Shown here: piece by piece, positions 9,726 through 20,181 of the stretch
Numbering within the stretch: position 1 is the first letter of the stretch
Layout of the letters: every line of letters begins with the position of its first letter
NCBI GenBank assembly: GCA_023228045.1
Contig: JALOBY010000001.1
Location: 32,966-96,965, forward strand
Source: Endomicrobiales bacterium
Lineage (GTDB): Bacteria; Elusimicrobiota; Endomicrobiia; Endomicrobiales; JALOBY01
Direction: 5' to 3'
DNA: 64,000 nucleotides
Program-made: the position numbers and the translations under genes
Notes under the pieces: generated by a model
Seen by the model: only the letters and a program-made list of their open reading frames with translations
Told to the model about the DNA's origin: nothing
The model's database searches: none

Positions 9726-11049
9726 CCCCTAATAAGTCATAATCTTTATATCCGTTAATTTTAACTTTCAAAAATTCACCAACACTCGCATGCCCTTTGA
9801 AAAAAACACAACCATCTATTTCTATTGATTGAAAAACAGTTCTACCTTTCCATCCCCTAACTTTTTTACCGTCAACATTTATAAACTCACACGATTCATG
9901 GGCAACTGCTTCAAAAACTTTGCCAATTAGCATGGCATTTTTTTTACTTATAACTTTTTTTTGCAACAGCATCAATTCATCTTTGCGAGCTTTTTTTGTT
10001 TTTGCACTAATTTTACCTGGTATTTTCTGTGCTTTTGCACCGTCAACATTTGAGTACTCAAAAACCCCAAGATGGTCAAACCACCCATCTTTAACTACTT
10101 TTCTAAGCTCTGCAAATTGCTCAGAAGTTTCCCCTGGCAGACCAACAATTAGTGTTGAGCGAATGAATATGCCAGGCACTTCGGATTTTATTTTTTTAAG
10201 AACACCAAGTGCACCTTTTGGGCGAAGCATAAGTTTTAGAATTTTATCACTTGTGTGCTGTAGCGGAATATCAATATACTTGCAAACTTTTTTGTTGGTG
10301 GCAATCTCTTTTAGCAACTCCTGAGTTACCGAGTTGGGAAATGCGTAAAGAACTCTAATCCAACGAATATCTTTAATTTTTGAAATTTCTTGTATAAGTT
10401 TACTTATAGCAAATGTGCCATAAATATCTTTACCATAAGCTGTTGTATCTTGCCCAATTAAAATTATTTCTTTTACGCCTTTTTTGGCAAGACGGGCGGC
10501 TTCTGCAACAAGCGACTCGATAGTTCTGCTTTTATACTTTCCCCTAAGCTTTGGAATTATGCAAAATGAACATTTATGGTTACACCCTTCGGAAACACGC
10601 AAATACGCACTTGGAAACGTCCACGAAATTGGCCTTTCAAGAGATGTTTCTAAAAGGCCTCCAGGTGCACCAACTAACAGTTTACTTTTTAGTGCTTTGC
10701 GCTCAGTGACCAGCTCTGTTATTTTATCCAAGTGGCCTGTACCAACAAAACCATCCACTTTTGGAAATCTGCCGAGCAGTTTTTCTTTTTCCGACTGGAC
10801 TAAGCAGCCACTAACAAATATTTTCTGGTTTTGTTTTTTTTGTTTGCAAACAGAAGCTATCCACTGAGCCGACTCTGTTTTTGCATCTTCAATAAAAGAA
10901 CAAGTGTGAATTATTACAATGTCTGCAGAGTCAATATCATCGATTGTAACATATCCAAACTCAAGCAACATTGCCACCATACTTTCGCCTTCAACAACAT
11001 TTTTTGGGCACCCAAGCGCAACAAAAGCAACTTTCTTATTATTTTGCAC
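9709..11049 (-). CDS. rimO: ribosomal protein S12 methylthiotransferase
   Basis: N-terminal LGCPKN, radical-SAM CNHKCSFC and a C-terminal TRAM-like domain. 446 aa. Confidence 0.85.
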   Translation of the reverse strand: MQNNKKVAFVALGCPKNVVEGESMVAMLLEFGYVTIDDIDSADIVIIHTCSFIEDAKTESAQWIASVCKQKKQNQKIFVSGCLVQSEKEKLLGRFPKVDGFVGTGHLDKITELVTERKALKSKLLVGAPGGLLETSLERPISWTFPSAYLRVSEGCNHKCSFCIIPKLRGKYKSRTIESLVAEAARLAKKGVKEIILIGQDTTAYGKDIYGTFAISKLIQEISKIKDIRWIRVLYAFPNSVTQELLKEIATNKKVCKYIDIPLQHTSDKILKLMLRPKGALGVLKKIKSEVPGIFIRSTLIVGLPGETSEQFAELRKVVKDGWFDHLGVFEYSNVDGAKAQKIPGKISAKTKKARKDELMLLQKKVISKKNAMLIGKVFEAVAHESCEFINVDGKKVRGWKGRTVFQSIEIDGCVFFKGHASVGEFLKVKINGYKDYDLLGVVINE

Positions 11050-11971
11050 CTGCGTTTATATCCTTAAGTGTTAATTCAAGCTCTCTAACTTTACCATCTA
11101 TTTTTTCCCCTTCGCTAACAAGCTCTATTTTGTGCCCGTTTAGGTAAACCTCAACTCCTGACTCATTTCCAAGTTTAAGATAAAATTTCTCATTTGCGTT
11201 AAAAAATCTTTGGGTGTCCTTGTTAATAGTCCCTTCAAACAATGCCTTTTTATCTGATATTACCCTTACCCAAGTGTTATCTAACCCTACAACTTTTAAT
11301 TGCATAGCTTTTGCAATGCCAAAACCTTGATTGAGCGAATAATTCTTTTGATTGTGCCGTTTTAAAAGTGCATTTTGCAAGTTTACTTTGATACCTTGCA
11401 CTGGGTCCAAAGGTGCTTTCTTTGTTATATTTTCCTCATTTTCTTTCGTATCAAATACTGAAATATTTTTAACTGTGTCACAAGAAGGAACACCCTCAGA
11501 AACTTGCGTTAAAGTTGATGTTGAAGTTTTAACTGATGTAAATGCATCATGGCTTAAAATTAATGGTTTCATCTTACCAAAAATAAAAAATGCAACTGGT
11601 ACACTAAGAACAAGTAATGCTGTAAGTGCAAAAATTACAATTAGTGTCATTGAACTTGATGGTTTTTTATTGTTTTGTTTTTTTTCTGAAACTATTTGCT
11701 GTTTCTTTGCTATGTTTAACTGACTTTTTTGTGCCACACTCTCTAAATTTTGAGTATATGAGTTTATTATTTCATTTGGATCTATTCCAAGAAAAAGCGC
11801 ATACCTTCTTAAAGAACCAATAAAATACACCGTAGCATGAAATTTTTCTGATTCCATGTTTTCTAATGCGTCTAATTGATAGGGCGTAATTTTAAGACGG
11901 CTATGAACCAACTCCAAGGAAAAACCCTTGGTTTCTCTTGCATTTTTAAGTTTTTTACCAAAATCTTTCAT
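11039..11971 (-). CDS. RodZ-like cytoskeleton protein (HTH + TM + C-terminal DUF4115-like domain)
   Basis: N-terminal XRE-type HTH (FGKKLKNARETKGFSLELV), a central TM segment and a C-terminal beta-rich domain (WVRVISDKK..VEVYLNGHKI). Confidence 0.6.
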   Translation of the reverse strand: MKDFGKKLKNARETKGFSLELVHSRLKITPYQLDALENMESEKFHATVYFIGSLRRYALFLGIDPNEIINSYTQNLESVAQKSQLNIAKKQQIVSEKKQNNKKPSSSMTLIVIFALTALLVLSVPVAFFIFGKMKPLILSHDAFTSVKTSTSTLTQVSEGVPSCDTVKNISVFDTKENEENITKKAPLDPVQGIKVNLQNALLKRHNQKNYSLNQGFGIAKAMQLKVVGLDNTWVRVISDKKALFEGTINKDTQRFFNANEKFYLKLGNESGVEVYLNGHKIELVSEGEKIDGKVRELELTLKDINAGAK

Positions 11972-12142
11972 GCTTCCCCCTATGTCGCATCCCCACCTTT
12001 GGCGGGACTTACTTCGTTGTTCTGGCTCGGATGGGAGTCCTCTCGCCAGAATGCTCCCCGAGGGAAACCTTGTTTCCCTTCGGCGTTCGGCTCATCCCGC
12101 CAACGGCGGGATTTGCCTCACTGAACCCTTCCCCAGTTGTAA
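11972..12142 (-). repeat. L-family multi-hairpin leader element, copy C (divergent)
   Basis: Minus strand TTACAACTGGGGAAGGGTTCAGTGAGG ... hairpins CCCGCC/GGCGGG, GGGAAAC/GTTTCCC, GGGAG/CTCCC ... TAAGTCCCGCCAAAGGTGGGGATGCGACATAGGGGGAAGC-ATG (rodZ-like start). Confidence 0.6.
11979..12030 (-). repeat. 52-nt direct repeat, gene-proximal copy (3' module of L copy C)
   Basis: cctatgtcgcatccccacctttggcgggacttacttcgttgttctggctcgg matches 12149-12200 with 3 substitutions. Confidence 0.85.
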
Positions 12143-12148
12143 AAAACA

Positions 12149-12200
12149 TCTATGTCGCATCCCCGCCTCTGGCGGGACTTACTTCGTTGTTCTGGCTCGG
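12149..12200 (-). repeat. 52-nt direct repeat, distal copy
   Basis: tctatgtcgcatccccgcctctggcgggacttacttcgttgttctggctcgg. Same register, 170 nt from the proximal copy. Confidence 0.85.
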
Positions 12201-12261
12201 TACCAACGGTTGACCACTTCATCAACCACTTCGAGTGCCCAGGGCACTCTCAAAAGAACAT

Positions 12262-12993
12262 TTACTCTGATAGGTCAATAACATCAACATCTTTAGCAGG
12301 CTTAAAAACAAAACTACTCTTCGGAATACCTGCGTTTATTTTATAATTTGAAAATTGCGTGTTTTGAGCAAACGAACTGTTCCTTACTTTAATCAAAACA
12401 GGCAAATAGCTTTTTGCATCAATTAATACATCTATAAAATAGCCATTATTTTTCTTTGATGCAAATGTTACAAGGCAAGCGTTTTCGCCAATTAAACTTT
12501 TAGCGCTAAATAAAAATTCTCTATCAAGCACATTCCAAAACTTATCCAGTGAAAATAAATCTAAAGGCAGTGGCGAATTTTTGTTCCAATTTGAAAGTTT
12601 ATCTGTAATTGCCTGTTTTTGCGATGGTGTATAAACAAACAAAGTTTTTCCATTACAATAAAAACTCTGCTCTAAATCGCCTTTTTTTTGTTTTATCACA
12701 AATTTTTCAGGCGCCAAGTAAAATACAGAGCCCACAATAGCATCTGAATTCGTGGCACTTTCGTTGCTACTAAATTGCTTAAATTCAAAAGAAACATCTT
12801 TTATTTTTGAAAGCAATACTCTTGAACTTGTAATGATTTCAGCTTCTTTAGATTGTGTAAAAAGTTTATTCTTGGCGGCTCGTGCATTATTTTCTGCGGT
12901 TAAGGTTGAATAGTTTATAAATAAAGTTACCGATACCAATAAAACAAAAAATAAGTTTTTACTCTTCATTTGGGTTGTCGCCAATGTTACCAA
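12262..12993 (-). CDS. LolA-like outer-membrane lipoprotein carrier family protein
   Basis: Signal peptide (a likely start is the MKSKNLFF Met at 12969). LolA-like beta pattern FYLAPEKFVIKQ..TLFVYTPSQKQ. Confidence 0.5.
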   Translation of the reverse strand: MVTLATTQMKSKNLFFVLLVSVTLFINYSTLTAENNARAAKNKLFTQSKEAEIITSSRVLLSKIKDVSFEFKQFSSNESATNSDAIVGSVFYLAPEKFVIKQKKGDLEQSFYCNGKTLFVYTPSQKQAITDKLSNWNKNSPLPLDLFSLDKFWNVLDREFLFSAKSLIGENACLVTFASKKNNGYFIDVLIDAKSYLPVLIKVRNSSFAQNTQFSNYKINAGIPKSSFVFKPAKDVDVIDLSE

Positions 12994-15262
12994 ATGTTTT
13001 CAGGTACTCATCAACACGCGTAAAATCTATTGACCAGCGGTTTGTGCCCTCCGGTTTATTTATAAAACCCTTCATTTCAAGTATACTTAAAATGTTTGTT
13101 GCCCGAGATGAAGAACCAAAGTGAGCCTTAAGCAAATCTTGCGAGATCCTTTTTCTTTCCTGCATAAGCTTTAGTGCGCGTACAAGCTCTTCAATTTCTT
13201 TATTATCGTTTGCATCAAAACTTGAATTTGCCGTTGCAGCACTAATAAGCACATCTTCATAAAATGGCTTAATGTTTTGACTCAAAATAAAATCAACTAC
13301 TTTGTTCGGGTCTCTTTCTGGCACATACGCGCCCTGAAGACGATCAGGCCTTGAGGCACCGGATGGCAGGAAAAGCATATCCCCACGTCCAAGTAAATCT
13401 TCAGCACCAATTGTATCCAATACAACGCGAGAATCAACCTGAGATGTTGTTTGAAATGCGATACGCGCGGGTAAATTTGATTTAATAATTCCTGTTATAA
13501 CATCTACCGACGGTCTTTGTGTGGCAAGTATAAGGTGTATACCAACTGCTCTTGCCATTTGCGCGAGCCGCTGAATTGAATCTTCAACTTCTTTTTTCTG
13601 CACAACCATAAGATCGGCAAGCTCGTCAATTATTATAACTATGTAAAACTCTTTTGACCCACCAGTCTCTGTCATTTTTTGATTATAACTTTCAATATTG
13701 CGCACCGACTCTTTTGCAAACTTTTCATAGCGTTTTTCCATAACACGCACAAGCTTTTTAAGTGCTGCAGCAGCTTCTTTTGGCTGAGTTATAATGTCAG
13801 CATCTGTGCATTTTACACTTGGGTCGTATAGGTGAGGTATGCCCCTGTAGCATGTCAGCTCAACCCGTTTTGGATCTATTAGCAAAAACTTTACTTCATC
13901 GGGTTTTGCCTTAAAAAGCATTGATAGAATTAAGCTATGAATACCAACACTTTTACCTGAACCTGTAGCACCCGCAATTAACAAATGAGGCATTATTTTA
14001 ATGTCAGTTACGGATGGGCGACCGTCGGTTGTTTTACCAAGGCCAAAAGTTAGCAAAGATTTAGAATTTTGGAAATCTTGGCTTTCAACAATCTCACGGA
14101 AACTAACTATGCAACGCTTTTCATTTGGAACCTCTACCCCAACAGCGGACTTTTCCGGCACAGCAACAATACGCACAGAAACGGCTTTCATGTTTAGCGC
14201 AATATTTTCACTAAGGCCTGAAACAGTTTCAATTTTTGTTCCCGGAGCAAGCTCCATATCATAACGCGTAACTACAGGACCAGGAATAATATCTTTAACC
14301 TTTGCGCTTATTCCAAAGTTCTCAAGCGTTTTTTCTAATATTTGGGCATTTTTTGTAAAGTCCTGTGCAGAATTGCCCGCAATCAAATCTTGCTTTACTT
14401 CAGAAAGCAAGTCAACACTTGGCAATATATAATCTGCAGCAGAACCGTTAGAAAACAACTCAAGTTCTTTTGCATCAGCTTCCGGTTTATTTTGCAAATT
14501 TTTCGGTTTTTCATCACGCTTTTTAGAAATATCATAGGTTTTTATTGTAGTTAAAATAATTCTTGGCAACTCTTTCTTTTGTAACTGTGGAATGTTTGGC
14601 AGAATCATCTGAGGAGCTTTTGTGTCTTCTTTAGAACTATGTGGCTCATTTGGAAAAAATATTTTTGGCACAGATGAGTTATTCTTTTTAAGCTCTTCTC
14701 TTGCCTCTACCCATTGATGATAATCTAACACTATGTTTTTCCAAAATGCCTCTAATACTTCCCGCATAGAAATACGCATAAGCATTGCGCCAAAATAAAC
14801 AAAAAGAATAAACAAAGCAGAAAGTGAAAGATAATAATTGTTAAGTAATATCTTGTAAAAAAACGGGCTTGCATTGCCTATCCATCCGCCAAGTTGTTCT
14901 ATATCTTTGCCAAATTTAATATCCCCAATCAAATCCAGAAAACTTGTTGCGAACAAAAGCAACAATGCCGATAGAAAGAGATCAATTCTCAAATGTAATT
15001 TAAACTCATTTTTAAGATAGACATACCCCTGCCAACAAATTAGCAAAGGAAGTAATATTGCCGCCCAGCCAAACAAGCCATTAACCACTGAGCTTATCGC
15101 ACCGCTAAAAACACCAAACTGAGCTGGAAATAAAATGCAGTATAAAATAGCAATTGAGCAAACAAGCAGAAATATACCTTTTAATTTTCCGCGGAGGGCT
15201 TCATTTATTGGTTTTGTTTTAACTTTAGACCTGTAAAAGTTCTCTCTCATAATTAAGCACAT
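12959..15262 (-). CDS. ftsK: DNA translocase FtsK
   Basis: N-terminal TM helices, Walker A GATGSGKS, IIIDELADLM and a C-terminal gamma winged-helix domain. Confidence 0.9.
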   Translation of the reverse strand: MCLIMRENFYRSKVKTKPINEALRGKLKGIFLLVCSIAILYCILFPAQFGVFSGAISSVVNGLFGWAAILLPLLICWQGYVYLKNEFKLHLRIDLFLSALLLLFATSFLDLIGDIKFGKDIEQLGGWIGNASPFFYKILLNNYYLSLSALFILFVYFGAMLMRISMREVLEAFWKNIVLDYHQWVEAREELKKNNSSVPKIFFPNEPHSSKEDTKAPQMILPNIPQLQKKELPRIILTTIKTYDISKKRDEKPKNLQNKPEADAKELELFSNGSAADYILPSVDLLSEVKQDLIAGNSAQDFTKNAQILEKTLENFGISAKVKDIIPGPVVTRYDMELAPGTKIETVSGLSENIALNMKAVSVRIVAVPEKSAVGVEVPNEKRCIVSFREIVESQDFQNSKSLLTFGLGKTTDGRPSVTDIKIMPHLLIAGATGSGKSVGIHSLILSMLFKAKPDEVKFLLIDPKRVELTCYRGIPHLYDPSVKCTDADIITQPKEAAAALKKLVRVMEKRYEKFAKESVRNIESYNQKMTETGGSKEFYIVIIIDELADLMVVQKKEVEDSIQRLAQMARAVGIHLILATQRPSVDVITGIIKSNLPARIAFQTTSQVDSRVVLDTIGAEDLLGRGDMLFLPSGASRPDRLQGAYVPERDPNKVVDFILSQNIKPFYEDVLISAATANSSFDANDNKEIEELVRALKLMQERKRISQDLLKAHFGSSSRATNILSILEMKGFINKPEGTNRWSIDFTRVDEYLKTFGNIGDNPNEE

Positions 15263-15293
15263 TGCCCTATTAAATTACATAAACACAAACAGC

Positions 15294-16055
15294 TTACTTT
15301 GCAAACAGAAAAACCAACACACTTACAACAAGACAATAAAACCCAAAAATATAAAGTTTGTTATTGTTTAAAAGTTTAATGAGGTAATGGATTGCAAATA
15401 AGCCAGCTATAACAGCAACAAGCATACCTACTGCCACAGAGCTATAAGACACGCCAATATCACCAGAAAAATCTTTAAAACCTAATAAAGCTGCGCCAAG
15501 CACAGCAGGCACAGAAAGTAGAAAAGAAAAGCGGGCTGAATCGGAACGCTTATACCCTAACAACATTGCCACAGCAATTGTTGAACCAGACCTTGAAATG
15601 CCAGGCATTATGGCTAAACCCTGAGCAATACCAATTAGCAAAGCGTCGCCTATGCCAAAGCTATTAAACGCTTTTTTTTCTTTTCCAAAAAATTGGGCAG
15701 TAAATAGTATGATTCCGGTAAAGAATAAAAAAACAGCTACTGAGCTTACCGATGAAAATGTCTGTTCAAAATAATCTTTGCCGGCAAAACCAATAACGGC
15801 AGTGGGTACCGATGCAAGTATTAGTAGGTAAAGTGTTTTTTTATCAGTTGTAAAAAGCGCGGGGATATCTTTACGGAAATAAATGAGAACGGCTATAACG
15901 GTTGCCAAGTGCAACATTATGTCAAAAAAAAGTTCAGGCTTATTCCAGCCAAGAAAGTGTTGAAAAAATACAAGATGCGCACTGGATGATACAGGCAGGA
16001 ACTCAGTCAGCCCCTGAACAAAACCCAATATTGCCGTAGTTAATGTTTCTGCCAT
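15294..16055 (-). CDS. uppP: undecaprenyl-diphosphate phosphatase
   Basis: GLTEFLPVSSSAHL and PGISRSGSTI motifs. Eight-TM-like profile. Confidence 0.88.
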   Translation of the reverse strand: MAETLTTAILGFVQGLTEFLPVSSSAHLVFFQHFLGWNKPELFFDIMLHLATVIAVLIYFRKDIPALFTTDKKTLYLLILASVPTAVIGFAGKDYFEQTFSSVSSVAVFLFFTGIILFTAQFFGKEKKAFNSFGIGDALLIGIAQGLAIMPGISRSGSTIAVAMLLGYKRSDSARFSFLLSVPAVLGAALLGFKDFSGDIGVSYSSVAVGMLVAVIAGLFAIHYLIKLLNNNKLYIFGFYCLVVSVLVFLFAK

Positions 16056-16274
16056 ATATATCCTTTAACAAAATTACTATACGTTAAAGTGTATTCAACC
16101 CTGAATTTGCACAAAATAAAAATGCCGGCCGTTTGCCTGCCCAAATTATTTTGAGCAAACCACCAGCCGATAAATTAAACTGCAAATTATTTCTTAAGTG
16201 CTACAGTTACCACAGGGCCGGAGTTTGTAATTAAAACTTTATTTTCCCGCAAAAACCAATCAAATCGTGCATAT

Positions 16275-16715
16275 TTATAGTTTTTCAATTACAAAAATAT
16301 CTTGACCAACACTAACTGCTTTACCATTTTCTACAAGTATTTTAACTATCTTTACCCTAGCATCAGCTTTTATTTCATTCATAACTTTCATAGCTTCAAC
16401 TATGCAAAGAGTTTTACCGACTTCTACCACATCGCCCTCTTCAACAAAAGCCGGAGATGATGGAGATGCCGATCTATAAAACATACCTATAATTGGCGAT
16501 TTTATGCTATGACCTACGACAGCAGAACTCTCAGGAGCAGTTTCCTTTTGTTCTTGCACATAAACAACTCTATTTTCTTTTGTTTTTCTTTTAAGCGAAA
16601 TTTGAAAGTTTTCATCTTTCAACTCTAAACGCTCTATACCTTCATTTTTCATGAGGTTATAAAGAGCATCAACTTTTTCTTTTATGGGGTTTGATGTTCC
16701 GTTCTGCTTTGTCAT
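16275..16715 (-). CDS. accB: biotin carboxyl carrier protein (biotinyl domain)
   Basis: C-terminal biotinylation motif [12 protein letters not shown]. 146 aa. No carboxylase partner is adjacent. Confidence 0.75.
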   Translation of the reverse strand: MTKQNGTSNPIKEKVDALYNLMKNEGIERLELKDENFQISLKRKTKENRVVYVQEQKETAPESSAVVGHSIKSPIIGMFYRSASPSSPAFVEEGDVVEVGKTLCIVEAMKVMNEIKADARVKIVKILVENGKAVSVGQDIFVIEKL

Positions 16716-16737
16716 ACAAAACTCTCCGATAATTTTG

Positions 16738-18831
16738 TTATTTATGACCTTCTAAAAGTGCGGCCTTGCGGCTTAAATTTATACGGCCTTGGCTGTCAAT
16801 TTCAATTGCCTTAACTGTTATCTCATCACCCTCAGAAACCACATCCGACACATTTTTAACAGGTGTTTTATCTAACTGAGAGATGTGAACAAGACCTTCT
16901 TTACCCGGAAGGACCTCTACAAAAGCACCAAAGTTCATTATTTTTGTAACTCTGCCTTTGTAAATCTTGCCAATCTCAATTTCTGCTGTTAAAAAATCAA
17001 CCATGGTTTTTGCACTGTCAACTGCGGCAGAATCGGTGCTTGATATAAACACACGGCCATCTTCTTCAATATCAATTTTAACACCCGTTTCTTCTTGAAT
17101 GCGTCTGATATTTTTGCCGCCAGGCCCAATAAGAGCACCTATTTTAGACGGTGATATCTGAGTTGTAACCATTTTTGGAGCATAAGCAGACATTGTACTT
17201 TTGGGCTTACCAAGTGCCGCATCCATTATATCAAGAATTTTTATTCTGCCTTGTCTTGCCTGCTCAAGAGCCTTTGCCATTATCTCAACTGTTAAACCTT
17301 TGATTTTGATATCCATTTGAAGCGCGGTAATACCATTCCTGCTACCAGCAACCTTAAAGTCCATATCGCCTAAATGGTCTTCCATACCCATAATATCAGA
17401 AAGAATTGCGTACTTATCACCCTCTTTTACAAGCCCCATGGCAATGCCGGCACAGCTTGCTTTTACATTTACGCCGGCATCAAAAAGCGCAAGTGAACCA
17501 CCACAGACCGAGGCCATTGATGATGAACCGTTTGATTCAAGTATATCTGAAACAATTCTTATTGTGTACGGGAAAACATCTTGTGATGGCAAAATAGGAT
17601 AAAGGGCTCTTTTTGCTAACGCACCATGACCAATTTCCCTTCTGCCTGGGGAACGCTCAGGCTTTGGTTCACCGGTTGCAAAACCAGGGAAGTTATAATG
17701 GAGCATAAATCTTTCTTTATACTCTCCATTTAGCTCATCCATTATCTGCATATCTCCTGGTGAGCCAAGTGTTACAACAGCTAATGCCTGTGTTTGCCCA
17801 CGAGTAAAAAGCGCACTTCCATGAGCTCTGGGTAAAATGCTACTCAAGCATTCAATCGGTCTAATTTCATCTAATTTTCTACCATCGGCACGAATGTTTT
17901 TTTCAAGCACTAATGCTCTAGCACTTTGATAAAAAAGATCTTCCAATGCGCCTACTATATAAACCGCGCTTTCAGGATATTTTTCTGAAAATTTTACAAT
18001 GGTCTCTTTTTTAAAATCACCCCATGCTTCATCTCTTTCCGACTTTCCTTTACGGCTTATTATTTCACCCATAAAAGGCTTTGCATATTCACAGACATCA
18101 TTAACAAGGGTACTGTTTACTTGAGGAATAGAAACTGCAACCTTTTGTTTTCTGGGCAATGACAATTGAAACTCACATATTTTTTTAACTTCACTTTGCG
18201 CTAAAGAAAGTGCTTCAATCATTTCTGTTTCTGAAAGCTCTTTTGCCCCAGATTCTACCATTGAAAGTGAATCCATAGTTCCTGCAACCACAAGGTCAAG
18301 TGATGATAATTTTTGCTCTTCAGTTGTTGGGTTTACAACAAGTTTGCCGTCAATTTTACCAATGCGTACGGCGCCAATTGGAGTGTCATAAGGAATATCG
18401 GATATCATTAACGCAATTGAAGTGCCTATCATTGAAATAACATCAGTGTCGTTAATTCCGTCCGAGGAAACAACCATTGCACTAATTTGTGTTTCTCTGT
18501 CCCAACCTTCCGGAAACATTGGCCTGATGCTTCTATCAATTAAACGGCTTGTTAAAATTTCGCTTTCATGAGATCTACCTTCTCTTTTAAAAAACCCACC
18601 AGGAATTTTACCGGCGGCATAAGTTCTTTCTTTGTAATCGACAGTTAATGGAAGAAATACATTGCCATCTATAAAAGCCTTTGGCTTTGATGCCGAAGCC
18701 GCGCTAACCAATACAGCTGTTTCCCCAACACTTATAAGACAAGCACCACTTGCCTGTTTTGCCATGCGGCCAATTTCAACCGTGTATGTCTTTCCTGCAA
18801 CATCAAACTTACTTACGATAACTTCATTCAT
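16738..18831 (-). CDS. pnp: polyribonucleotide nucleotidyltransferase (PNPase)
   Basis: Two RNase PH domains plus KH (IGPGGKNIR) and S1 ([14 protein letters not shown]). 697 aa. Downstream of rpsO. Confidence 0.95.
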   Translation of the reverse strand: MNEVIVSKFDVAGKTYTVEIGRMAKQASGACLISVGETAVLVSAASASKPKAFIDGNVFLPLTVDYKERTYAAGKIPGGFFKREGRSHESEILTSRLIDRSIRPMFPEGWDRETQISAMVVSSDGINDTDVISMIGTSIALMISDIPYDTPIGAVRIGKIDGKLVVNPTTEEQKLSSLDLVVAGTMDSLSMVESGAKELSETEMIEALSLAQSEVKKICEFQLSLPRKQKVAVSIPQVNSTLVNDVCEYAKPFMGEIISRKGKSERDEAWGDFKKETIVKFSEKYPESAVYIVGALEDLFYQSARALVLEKNIRADGRKLDEIRPIECLSSILPRAHGSALFTRGQTQALAVVTLGSPGDMQIMDELNGEYKERFMLHYNFPGFATGEPKPERSPGRREIGHGALAKRALYPILPSQDVFPYTIRIVSDILESNGSSSMASVCGGSLALFDAGVNVKASCAGIAMGLVKEGDKYAILSDIMGMEDHLGDMDFKVAGSRNGITALQMDIKIKGLTVEIMAKALEQARQGRIKILDIMDAALGKPKSTMSAYAPKMVTTQISPSKIGALIGPGGKNIRRIQEETGVKIDIEEDGRVFISSTDSAAVDSAKTMVDFLTAEIEIGKIYKGRVTKIMNFGAFVEVLPGKEGLVHISQLDKTPVKNVSDVVSEGDEITVKAIEIDSQGRINLSRKAALLEGHK

Positions 18832-18871
18832 AACTACCTTCCCTTTTTAGACGCCCCAAAAACAAAGACAC

Positions 18872-18931
18872 AAAAGATCCAAAAACGCTCCCCATTAGGA
18901 AACTTTTTGCATCCTTTGCATCTTGGGAACG
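18872..18931 (-). terminator. rpsO-pnp intercistronic hairpin with U-tract (attenuator/terminator-like)
   Basis: Minus strand CGTTCCC-(31 nt with inner AGGA/TCCT stem)-GGGGAGCG followed by TTTTTGGATCTTTTG. Confidence 0.4.
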
Positions 18932-18948
18932 ACTGTTTTTATTATTAT

Positions 18949-19206
18949 TTATTTTCTCAACTCTAATTTTTGAATTAACTCTTGATATTTTTCTTTAGAG
19001 TTTTTCTTAAGATATTCCAACAGGCGACGACGCTGACCAATAAGTTTAAGGAACCCATGACGAGAAGTAAAATCTTTAGGAAACTTTTTAAAATGTTCTG
19101 TAAGAAGATTGATTCTGCCTGTCAATAACGCTACCTGAACTTCCGGCGAACCTGTGTCTGTGGGGTGTACTTTGTACTTCTCAACAATCGGCTTCTTGTT
19201 AAGCAT
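18949..19206 (-). CDS. rpsO: 30S ribosomal protein S15
   Basis: [39 protein letters not shown]. Confidence 0.92.
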   Translation of the reverse strand: MLNKKPIVEKYKVHPTDTGSPEVQVALLTGRINLLTEHFKKFPKDFTSRHGFLKLIGQRRRLLEYLKKNSKEKYQELIQKLELRK

Positions 19207-19281
19207 CTTCGCTCCTCATTTTTATACTTAATTTATTTTATTTACTGCTTTATTGCCTTTGGGGATTTTAACAAAAATATC

Positions 19282-20181
19282 TCATAATGTAAATAATTTT
19301 ATATCTTTTTCTACAAGTTTATTGGCACGCTCAATATCTGAGGCTATCGCACCTTTTAACTCCAAAATACTTTTAAATTTTTTTTCAGAGCGTAAATGAG
19401 TGCAAAAATGTACTTTTGTTAACTTGTTTGGCCAATTTCCGCTAAAACCTACCAGATGCGCCTCAAGACACAAAGACCCATTTGACATTAAAGTTGGCCT
19501 GTATCCCACGCTAATCACAGCTCTGCGCAGTACAATATCGGATGCAAGTTGCACAAAACCACTAAATATACCTTGTGGCAATATTATTTCATTGTGCGTT
19601 TTGATGTTAATAGTAGGAAAACCTATCTTAGTTCCCATCCCTCTGTCTCTATATGCAAGACCAGTCACAACATAAGGCCTGCCAAGTAGTTTTGCGGCAT
19701 AGTAAACACGACTATTGTGTATAAGAGTGCGTATTCTTGAAGACGATATTGCCATATTCCTGTATGCAAGCGGTTTAACGGCAACCAGCTTTGAGCCAAA
19801 CACTACAAGATTTTTTTTAAGCCAGTTTATATCTCCGTGCCGCGCATAACCAAGTGCAAAGTTGGTGCCAACAACAAGGTAACGCATATTAAGTTTTTTT
19901 CTTAAGAATTCTTTTACAAACTCATCCGGAGTTATTTGTATAATACTTGGGTCTACCTCTAAAAAAATAACCTCATCAACGCAAAGCTTTGAAATAAGCT
20001 CTTGTTTTTGCTCCGCAAGTGTAAGTAAACCGCTTACCGACCTTACAGGTTTGCTAAGAGCAATTACAACGCTTTTGAGTTTTTTTTGGCGAGCTATAGA
20101 AATTAAACGGCTTATAAGATACTTATGCCCTCTATGGAAACCGTCAAATGTGCCAATAGACACAGCACTTGGTTTATGCAT
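19282..20181 (-). CDS. ribF: bifunctional riboflavin kinase / FAD synthetase
   Basis: IGTFDGFHRGH N-terminal motif and a riboflavin kinase C-domain (GFPTINI). Confidence 0.85.
   Translation of the reverse strand: MHKPSAVSIGTFDGFHRGHKYLISRLISIARQKKLKSVVIALSKPVRSVSGLLTLAEQKQELISKLCVDEVIFLEVDPSIIQITPDEFVKEFLRKKLNMRYLVVGTNFALGYARHGDINWLKKNLVVFGSKLVAVKPLAYRNMAISSSRIRTLIHNSRVYYAAKLLGRPYVVTGLAYRDRGMGTKIGFPTINIKTHNEIILPQGIFSGFVQLASDIVLRRAVISVGYRPTLMSNGSLCLEAHLVGFSGNWPNKLTKVHFCTHLRSEKKFKSILELKGAIASDIERANKLVEKDIKLFTL

Noticed and set aside
11979-12200. Direct repeats separated by a unique spacer, considered as a mini CRISPR array.
   Set aside because: There are only two repeat copies and the repeats are 52 nt with a 118-nt spacer. 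No cas genes or leader are present. The repeat is the 3' module of the L element.
11876-12346. Plus-strand ORFs (82, 117, 60 and 64 aa) with the recurring peptide PPLAGLTSLFWLG.
   Set aside because: The recurrence is caused by the 52-nt direct repeat. The ORFs are antisense to the rodZ-like and lolA-like genes and overlap each other in different frames.
16056-16274. A further full X- or L-type element, or a small ORF, in the 219-nt accB-uppP spacer.
   Set aside because: Only one arm-like motif is present. I could not find a convincing partner arm or the L termini, and the longest minus-strand ORF is about 10 codons without an SD.
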